Notes under the pieces: generated by a model
What the model saw: only the letters and a program-made list of their open reading frames with translations
What the model was told of the DNA's origin: nothing
Database searches by the model: none
Part shown: positions 58,704 through 64,000 of the stretch, in pieces
Layout: each line of letters starts with the position of its first letter
How positions within the stretch are numbered: position 1 is the stretch's first letter
Program-made: the position numbers and the translations under genes
From: a virus
DNA: 64,000 nucleotides
Direction: 5' to 3' (one strand)
Virus record (IMG/VR): IMGVR_UViG_3300032240_001872
Span: 15,750-79,749 of that record

Positions 58704-59347
58704 AGCCAGTCAGGACCCACTACCCATCCAACTAACGACCTACGTGTACCATAGGTCACAGGAGTTACTTCGTGTAAGAGCCACGACGGAAATACAGTTA
58801 GGCATCCAAACTCGCGCATCTGCTCACGTTGTTCAGAGTCCAAAGGTCGACCGCTATGTAGGACTAGATCACCACCCTCATAAGAGTCAGGCTTTGATAG
58901 CTGTATAGTAAAGGATAGCTTGCGGCAGATATCATTGCGGCCAAATATAGTGCCTGCGCCCCAATCAAGGTGTGGCTTGTAGTAGCCCGCTCCCGTAGGA
59001 TATTCTGAGAATTGTATGGTTTCAATGCCTTCTATAGCATAGTCATAGTAGGTTTGATTGTGATGTGCAATACCCGCTGAAATCAGCTTGTAGAGCCAAT
59101 CTGCATTGGTACCGGGTTCAATAAAGCCCACACGTGAAGCACGTATATCTGAGTTAGCTATCTGCGTTGCGGCTGTACCAGAGTCATTGGCTTGTGCTAC
59201 AGTGGCATCCATCAATTCAGGTACCAGTGCTCGCAAACGTGGTATGTCTTCTTCTCTAAAGAAGTGACGGGTAGTTGAGAAGTAATAGCGTTGTCCTTGT
59301 GGACGTAGTTTAAGGCCTCTATTGGGCACAGTGGGTATAAAGCTCAT
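58700..59347 (-). CDS. 2OG-Fe(II) oxygenase (PKHD/P4H-like), tandem paralog
   Basis: YKPHLD, RKLSFTIQLS, YEGG, FPSWLLHEVTPV..GTRRSLVGW. Confidence 0.9.
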   Translation of the reverse strand: MSFIPTVPNRGLKLRPQGQRYYFSTTRHFFREEDIPRLRALVPELMDATVAQANDSGTAATQIANSDIRASRVGFIEPGTNADWLYKLISAGIAHHNQTYYDYAIEGIETIQFSEYPTGAGYYKPHLDWGAGTIFGRNDICRKLSFTIQLSKPDSYEGGDLVLHSGRPLDSEQREQMREFGCLTVFPSWLLHEVTPVTYGTRRSLVGWVVGPDWL

Positions 59348-59874
59348 ATAATGGGTCCTGGTCTAATGGGTGCTGGATTGCGATAGTGTGCTTGACACGT
59401 TGGGCAGTCGTAGCCTTGATTGTCTGATCTGGGAAGCATGCTGGCATGACACTTTTGACAGACTAATTTACCCAGTTTATCGCTAAGTGGAGCAGTCAAG
59501 TATTCACCAGTGTCCTCGGGTAACATGGCCAAAGGTCCGTATACAGCATCAATCTTAGCGGCACAGAAGTGACACCACCACTTGCCACTGTGCTCATATC
59601 CCCAGCTGGTACACTCTGAAGCACATACAGGACATGCTGGAGCCGTAGGTAACAAGTGACGACGTGGTCCTGGATCCCAGTCTTTGTAGCTCTTTAATGG
59701 AACTCCTATACGAGCGTAGTCAGCTGTCTTGGGATGACTACCGTTGGGCCAGCGCCTAGCGGGATCTGTCCATCCTGTGCCTTCCATTGCCATAGTGTCC
59801 ATAGTAAGGTCAGCTGACGCCGGACGACGGGGAGGATTTGGGCTTCGTCCTCTAATTTTATCATATATTGTCAT
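59344..59874 (-). CDS. zinc-ribbon protein
   Basis: Four CxxC pairs (CPVC, CHFC, CQKC, CPTC); start MTIYD at TAAATA-N5-ATG. Confidence 0.6.
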   Translation of the reverse strand: MTIYDKIRGRSPNPPRRPASADLTMDTMAMEGTGWTDPARRWPNGSHPKTADYARIGVPLKSYKDWDPGPRRHLLPTAPACPVCASECTSWGYEHSGKWWCHFCAAKIDAVYGPLAMLPEDTGEYLTAPLSDKLGKLVCQKCHASMLPRSDNQGYDCPTCQAHYRNPAPIRPGPII

Positions 59875-59946
59875 ACGCATATTTACAAGTGTATAAGCGT
59901 CAATCCTCTGGATTTGACTGCTCACTGTAAACCGCTGTATAGGACT

Positions 59947-59975
59947 ATTATAGCAAGGCATGAGACAAATGTCTA
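59947..59975 (-). promoter_or_regulatory. sigma70 promoter
   Basis: TAGACA-17-TATAAT with extended -10 TG. Confidence 0.6.
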
Positions 59976-60131
59976 GCAGGTTGGGAAAATATGGGGAAAG
60001 TTCTGGAAAGTAATCTCGCATAGCCTGTCACCCCCACCACCTCTCAAAATTTTTTATGCTATATTCTACTGTTTTACCACAATTATGCCCCTGTTTCCGC
60101 CTGATTCTGGACCGTTTTCTACCAATTCTGA

Positions 60132-60160
60132 TTGACTTTTCACGGTAATTCCAGTATACT
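60132..60160 (+). promoter_or_regulatory. sigma70 promoter
   Basis: TTGACT-17-TATACT; ATG 6 nt downstream at 60167. Confidence 0.7.
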
Positions 60161-60166
60161 ATGCTT

Positions 60167-60355
60167 ATGACAAAACGATCTTATATACTTGTTCTTCTTG
60201 CTCTGCTAACTCTATCACTACAGGGATGTCTTGCTACGGGCCGTCAGTGTCGCTCATATGACTACTGTCTAGAGCGTGATGGTCCACGTCAATATATACG
60301 TGCTCCTGATGGATGGGGTGGTAAGTATTGTCAGCAGAACCCGGAGAATTGTTGA
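60167..60355 (+). CDS. small putative lipoprotein
   Basis: Basic N-terminus, hydrophobic stretch, lipobox-like LQGC; four further Cys. Confidence 0.55.
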   Translation: MTKRSYILVLLALLTLSLQGCLATGRQCRSYDYCLERDGPRQYIRAPDGWGGKYCQQNPENC

Positions 60356-61323
60356 TGCAAAATATGAAAAAAGGTATTATTCAGAGTAGAGGTCTTGGTG
60401 ATCTCATTATAGCTCTACCCATTGCCAAGTACTGGTATGATCAAGGTTGGGAAGTCTACTGGCCCGTATGTGATCCCTTCTATGATCAAATGCGTGAGGT
60501 AGCTCCCTATGTATCGTGGATTAGTGTGCCCGTTGATCCAGCTGGACACTTCTTTTATGAAAACCCCGTTAGACAGCTTGAGGCTCTAGGGGTTGAACCA
60601 GATGACGTCATCTATCTATATCAGTATTTGAGTAGTCATCCAGAGAGGACTGTTCCCAGTCACTTTGCACAGTTCAAGTTCGATCAGTACAAGTATGCTA
60701 TGGCTGAGTTACCATTTAGCATGAAGTGGGATCTAGCTGACTGTATACGCAGAAACCCCGTTGCCGAATCAGCACTATATGAGCAGGTTGTTGCACAGGA
60801 TCGCTATATGGTCTATCAAGGTACTGCAAGTGATCTAGAGTATCCTATTGATCTCTCTGTTATCGAAGAGGGAGTTCAGTGTATCGAGCTTCGTGAACTG
60901 GCTGGCTACTCTGTATTCGATTGGCTCAAGGTCATTGAAGGAGCCGAGACTGCTATCCTAATCGATAGTGTGTTTGCTAACCTAATCGATCAGCTCAAGC
61001 TATGGTCAGGTCCAGACCTATACTATATGCGCAAGTGGAACCGGCGTGTAGATGGTAATCCAGTCTTACTTGGCCCATGGACATTCGTAGAAGTAGATGA
61101 TCCCCCGGGCATGCAGGTACAGAGCATAGTGGACAAAAACCCCGTTGCCGAACCTAGGCCACAAGTGCAGAAAACCCCGTTGCCGAACCCTGGGGGCGGT
61201 GCAGGGCAGACCTATACTCCATATGGCTCTAGTGCAGTCAAAGGACCTACCAGCTTTCTAGATAAAACTAAGAAGCCCAATACAGCACAGAATCTTCTAG
61301 CAGGGCTAGGACTCAAGCAGTAA
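60355..61323 (+). CDS. GT9-like glycosyltransferase with P/G-rich C-terminal tail
   Basis: QSRGLGDLIIALPIA; FDWLKVIEGA..AILIDSVFANL. Confidence 0.6.
   Translation: MQNMKKGIIQSRGLGDLIIALPIAKYWYDQGWEVYWPVCDPFYDQMREVAPYVSWISVPVDPAGHFFYENPVRQLEALGVEPDDVIYLYQYLSSHPERTVPSHFAQFKFDQYKYAMAELPFSMKWDLADCIRRNPVAESALYEQVVAQDRYMVYQGTASDLEYPIDLSVIEEGVQCIELRELAGYSVFDWLKVIEGAETAILIDSVFANLIDQLKLWSGPDLYYMRKWNRRVDGNPVLLGPWTFVEVDDPPGMQVQSIVDKNPVAEPRPQVQKTPLPNPGGGAGQTYTPYGSSAVKGPTSFLDKTKKPNTAQNLLAGLGLKQ
60753..61189 (+). repeat. dispersed direct repeat AAACCCCGTTGCCGAA x3
   Basis: Copies at 60753-60768, 61137-61152 and 61172-61187; partial AAAACCCCGTT at 60560-60570. Confidence 0.85.
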
Positions 61324-61342
61324 ATCTGCTATAATGTATTAA

Positions 61343-61420
61343 GGGCCCCTAGCTCATGTTGGTTAGAGCAGTGGACTCATAATCCATTGGTGCCGTGTTC
61401 GACTCACGGGGGGCCCACCA
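61343..61420 (+). tRNA. tRNA with CAT anticodon, probably tRNA-Ile2 (lysidine-modified)
   Basis: Acceptor stem GGGCCCC/GGGGCCC+ACCA; anticodon arm GTGGA-CTCATAA-TCCAT; T arm CCGTG-TTCGACT-CACGG. G1-C72 is paired (not an initiator); C4-G69/C5-G68 as in TilS substrates. Extended -10 TGCTATAAT upstream. Confidence 0.92.
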
Positions 61421-61444
61421 TTAAACCCTGAACCGAAAGTGAAT

Positions 61445-61714
61445 TACGGCCGCGCGGTGTAGTTACTGATATAGCGAACCGGTGCTGTAGCTAAGGACAT
61501 GTCATAGACACAGCGTTGAAGCTTACTGTAGCGATACAGCAAGGATGAGCTGGACACCTTAATCAGTGTTGTCTCGGGCGACTAGGTTAACGTAGCGTCT
61601 GTATCAGCAGAACTAGGGCCCCAAAGTACGGGCGCAATCTACGAGGGGAACATGTCCGGACCTTAGCGGAGCATGTTTACCTACCCGGCCTGTCACGGCC
61701 ATCCAAACCAATTA
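61445..61714 (-). ncRNA. candidate ~270-nt structured ncRNA
   Basis: Perfect sigma70 promoter immediately upstream on the minus strand; nested long-range helices; no plausible ORF. Confidence 0.55.
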
Positions 61715-61720
61715 TAGACG

Positions 61721-61749
61721 ATTATAGTTCAAATTGACCCTTGTGTCAA
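61721..61749 (-). promoter_or_regulatory. perfect consensus sigma70 promoter
   Basis: TTGACA(61749-61744)-17-TATAAT(61726-61721). Confidence 0.8.
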
Positions 61750-61766
61750 CCAGGGTATTCCAAATC

Positions 61767-61841
61767 TGTGGCGAAAAAACAACACCTGGAGTGCCGGCGG
61801 TGTGGCAAAAAAGCCACGGCAGGTGTGGCGAAAATACAACG
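61767..61841. repeat. three operator-like imperfect palindromes TGTGGC-N6-(A/G)C(A/C)AC
   Basis: Copies at 61767-61784, 61801-61818 and 61824-61841, between divergent promoters. Confidence 0.7.
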
Positions 61842-61883
61842 GATCCAAAGACCCTACGGTTTAGTCGGGCATTAAACGAGTGG

Positions 61884-61912
61884 TTGACAAATGGTAAAAC
61901 CGGTGTTATACT
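61884..61912 (+). promoter_or_regulatory. sigma70 early promoter
   Basis: TTGACA-17-TATACT; ATG 6 nt downstream (leaderless). Confidence 0.8.
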
Positions 61913-61918
61913 ATACAC

Positions 61919-62257
61919 ATGAACTTAGAAAAGCCCACTCGTAAAAAGCGCACCGATCGTAATCACATCATATACGAGCTCATCGTAAATGGTAAGAACT
62001 ACATTGGGGTGACAGCAAAGACAGAGTCTACTATACAGAAGAGCGTGAAGGCTCGTGCCGCAAAGCATTTCTATCGTGCTAAGAAGGAAAACAAAGACTG
62101 GCTCTTGTGCGCAGAGCTTCGTCAACTCAACAGCAAAGACGAGATCGAGATCTTGATTCATGCTGTGATCAGAGGTAAAGCAGAAGCGCATAAGACAGAG
62201 GTTGCAATTCGTAGGGCAGTCAAGCCCGTGTTGAACACAGACGTTAGAGGAGATTGA
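61919..62257 (+). CDS. GIY-YIG-like nuclease domain protein
   Basis: IIYEL...NYIGVT, R...H, AHKTE, P.LN. Confidence 0.6.
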   Translation: MNLEKPTRKKRTDRNHIIYELIVNGKNYIGVTAKTESTIQKSVKARAAKHFYRAKKENKDWLLCAELRQLNSKDEIEILIHAVIRGKAEAHKTEVAIRRAVKPVLNTDVRGD

Positions 62258-62470
62258 ATGAAGCACTATACCTACAAAGGGTTTGAATACCATACTTGGG
62301 ACGATGTAGAAGAGGACAATATCAAGATGTTCCACGAGTGCCATAAGGCGGGCCGGGAGATCAAGATGCCCAGGGAGTTCTACAATCACAGTCCCTACAG
62401 TCTAGTCAAGTATGATGAGTTTGTGGCTTTTGTACAACAGATCGAACTGGTAGAGTTTGTCAGGGGTTGA
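62258..62470 (+). CDS. hypothetical protein
   Basis: 70 aa; SD GAGGAG. Confidence 0.65.
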   Translation: MKHYTYKGFEYHTWDDVEEDNIKMFHECHKAGREIKMPREFYNHSPYSLVKYDEFVAFVQQIELVEFVRG

Positions 62471-62521
62471 CAGACTGGTAAAACCGTGTTATACTAGACA
62501 CTTAAACACTAAAGGAGCAGA
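62467..62521 (+). promoter_or_regulatory. sigma70 early promoter + shared 24-bp leader/RBS
   Basis: TTGACA-17-TATACT; ACACTTAAACACTAAAGGAGCAGA at 62498-62521. Confidence 0.8.
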
Positions 62522-62523
62522 CT

Positions 62524-63228
62524 ATGTTTAAATTACTTTCCACAGCTAACCCCAAGATCCAAAAGGGTACAAAGATGGGCTATTTGTCGTTCATCTTGCA
62601 TCTTGCTCCAGCAGACTTGAGCGGGCGTGAAGTATGCCCCAAGCGGACAGCTGGTTGCACGAGCGCATGCCTTAATACAGCAGGACGCGGCGGCATGTTC
62701 AAGAAGGGCGAGAACACCAACATGATCCAAAAGGCTCGCATTCGCAAGACCAACTATTTCTTTGAAGATCGTGACAGCTTCATGAAGGATCTGTATCACG
62801 ACATTAATAAAGCCATCAAGTTCGCGGCTAAGGCAGGCTTGACGCCCGTGATCCGTTTGAACGGTACATCAGACTTGAGCTGGGAGAAGTACACGGTGGG
62901 CACTACGGACATGAACTTGTTCCAATTGTTCCCTACAGTACAGTTCTATGACTACACTAAGGTATTGGGTCGTAAGACTAAGATGTATCCCAACTATCAC
63001 TTAACGTTCAGCCGTGCTGAGTCTAACGATGCTGATGTGGGCATGGCTCTTGCGCAAGGTATGAATGTTGCGGTAGTATACGATGAGATCCCAGCGGGCA
63101 TGCATAGTGCCGATGAAACTGATTTGCGCTTCTTGGATCCCAAGGTTGGCTTGATTGGTTTGAAGGCTAAGGGTCGTGCTAAGAAGGACTACAGTGGGTT
63201 CGTGATTCGTTTGAAGGCAGTAGCATGA
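62524..63228 (+). CDS. phage gp88-like protein
   Basis: LHLAPA..SG..VCP....GC..ACL; IRLNGTSD; QFYDYTK; NYHLTFS; DLRFLD; GLKAKG. Confidence 0.6.
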   Translation: MFKLLSTANPKIQKGTKMGYLSFILHLAPADLSGREVCPKRTAGCTSACLNTAGRGGMFKKGENTNMIQKARIRKTNYFFEDRDSFMKDLYHDINKAIKFAAKAGLTPVIRLNGTSDLSWEKYTVGTTDMNLFQLFPTVQFYDYTKVLGRKTKMYPNYHLTFSRAESNDADVGMALAQGMNVAVVYDEIPAGMHSADETDLRFLDPKVGLIGLKAKGRAKKDYSGFVIRLKAVA

Positions 63229-63452
63229 AGCTGAATGAAGTACTACAATGGGTAGGAGCTGTCTTCATCATAGCAGGGCACGTATTCAACGCCGTAGGGC
63301 CCGGTGCCTATCCATGGAACATCGTGGCATTCTTCTTGGGAACATGCGCATTCTTAGCTTGGACCGTACGTGTGGCGAATAAGCCACAGATGGCTGTTAA
63401 CGTTGTGGCATTAGCCCTAGGGCTTGTAGGGTTATATAACGCCTTTGGTTGA
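63225..63452 (+). CDS. small membrane protein
   Basis: Three hydrophobic segments in 75 aa. Confidence 0.65.
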   Translation: MKLNEVLQWVGAVFIIAGHVFNAVGPGAYPWNIVAFFLGTCAFLAWTVRVANKPQMAVNVVALALGLVGLYNAFG

Positions 63453-63503
63453 CAGGTTTTACCTTTGATGCTATACTATACACTTAAACACTAAAGGAGC
63501 AGA
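63449..63503 (+). promoter_or_regulatory. sigma70 early promoter + shared 24-bp leader/RBS
   Basis: TTGACA-17-TATACT; identical leader at 63480-63503. Confidence 0.8.
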
Positions 63504-63504
63504 T

Positions 63505-63798
63505 ATGTTATCAATTAGCGAAGTTAACTCAGCGATCATGACCCAGGTCTGGACGGACGTAGAACTCCGTAGCATGATCGATTCAATACAGTGGAACCGT
63601 AGCCGCCTGGCTCAGCGAATCAAACGAAGCATCGTGGTGGGCGACAATGTCCAGTTCACCAGCTCTAAGACAGGACGTCAGATGCGTGGCTTCGTTACCA
63701 AGATCGCCATCAAGTATGTGACAGTGAACACAGGCTTGGGACTTTGGAAAGTGCCGGCCAACATGCTGTCAGTGGTTGAGGAGTTAGAAACCGCGTAA
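63505..63798 (+). CDS. hypothetical protein (SH3/KOW-like C-terminus)
   Basis: VGDNVQF...GFVTKIAIKYVTV...WKVPANML; strong SD. Confidence 0.65.
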   Translation: MLSISEVNSAIMTQVWTDVELRSMIDSIQWNRSRLAQRIKRSIVVGDNVQFTSSKTGRQMRGFVTKIAIKYVTVNTGLGLWKVPANMLSVVEELETA

Positions 63799-63823
63799 GC
63801 GGTAGGGTTATTGATAGCATCGG

Positions 63824-63852
63824 TTGACAGATGGTTTAACCGATGCTATACT
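63824..63852 (+). promoter_or_regulatory. sigma70 early promoter overlapped by a 12-bp inverted repeat
   Basis: TTGACA-17-TATACT; ATAGCATCGGTT(63814-63825)/AACCGATGCTAT(63838-63849). Confidence 0.8.
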
Positions 63853-63858
63853 AGAGTT

Positions 63859-64000
63859 AAGTTAGAGATTAGGGGTTACCTACACCGCTAGGGCTCTGGG
63901 AAGATGACAATGTCGACGGATGTTGGTCTAGTCCAGGTCATGAAGGCAGGCCTTCGGGTGAAGCGGGCGGAGAATGTAGGAAGTAATGACCGTAGAGGCC
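63859..64000 (+). ncRNA. candidate structured RNA (may run past the window end)
   Basis: Downstream of a promoter; helices CCTACA/TGTAGG, CCGCT/GGCGG, ATGAC/GTCAT and a C(TTCG)G tetraloop. An open frame from 63904 is an alternative reading. Confidence 0.4.

Noticed and set aside
2954-60363. Long N-terminal extensions given by the ORF track (2954, 18589, 28942, 40301, 40362, 47366, 47611, 58164, 60021)
   Set aside because: They overlap neighbouring genes or promoters; downstream ATGs with an SD, a TAAATA motif or a better domain start fit better
61421-61714. tmRNA or RNase P RNA
   Set aside because: No tRNA-Ala-like ends or tag ORF, and no GAGGAAAGUCC-type P4 signature on either strand
61767-61841. 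Possible CRISPR mini-array
   Set aside because: Repeats are only 18 bp and imperfect, spacers are 5-16 bp, and there are no cas genes; better explained as operators
2929-62799. Many short antisense or nested ORFs in the track (e.g. 2929-3156, 15693-16115, 17920-18357, 50354-50851, 61712-61918, 61925-62389)
   Set aside because: They lie within or opposite well-supported genes or regulatory DNA and lack motifs and start signals
63930-63952. SRP (4.5S) RNA motif
   Set aside because: CAGGTCATGAAGGCAG only loosely resembles the conserved CAGG-GNRA-AGCA helix; the required stem and tetraloop are missing
1-64000. Stop-codon reassignment, introns or inteins
   Set aside because: Genes are full length and tightly packed under the standard code; no split genes or intein motifs were seen

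Overview
This window looks like part of a large (probably jumbo, T4-superfamily-like) dsDNA bacteriophage genome. It has no core bacterial housekeeping operons, genes are densely packed and often overlap, T4-type late-promoter cores (TAAATA) and consensus sigma70 promoters are present, and it carries a SleB-type cell-wall hydrolase, HNH/GIY-YIG nucleases and a tRNA. Bases 1-7.4 kb hold iscA and three paralogous probable virion proteins, one of which is a 1450-aa subtilase + esterase + Ig fusion. Bases 7.4-55.5 kb are an AT-rich enzyme island. Counting over the whole window there are 14 radical SAM proteins (3 with B12-binding-like N-termini, 1 with a Tes/GDGT-MAS-like N-terminus, many twitch/SPASM type), about 14 2OG-Fe(II)/cupin oxygenases, about 10 glycosyltransferase-like proteins and 3 methyltransferases, most of them in the island. 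The island also has a carbamoyltransferase with a coupled PFIY micro-peptide, an amidinotransferase, a class III aminotransferase, an AdoMetDC-like decarboxylase, 2 SDRs, 2 pseudokinases and a cytidylyltransferase-cupin fusion. Most transcription units start at TAAATA-N4-8-ATG (apparently leaderless late promoters), often in back-to-back pairs. Bases 55.5-64 kb are visibly more GC-rich, with consensus sigma70 promoters sharing a spacer motif and upstream operator-like palindromes, a tRNA-Ile2(CAT), a frame-independent 16-19 bp repeat and two promoter-driven candidate structured ncRNAs. All family calls come from motif recognition by eye; no database search was run.
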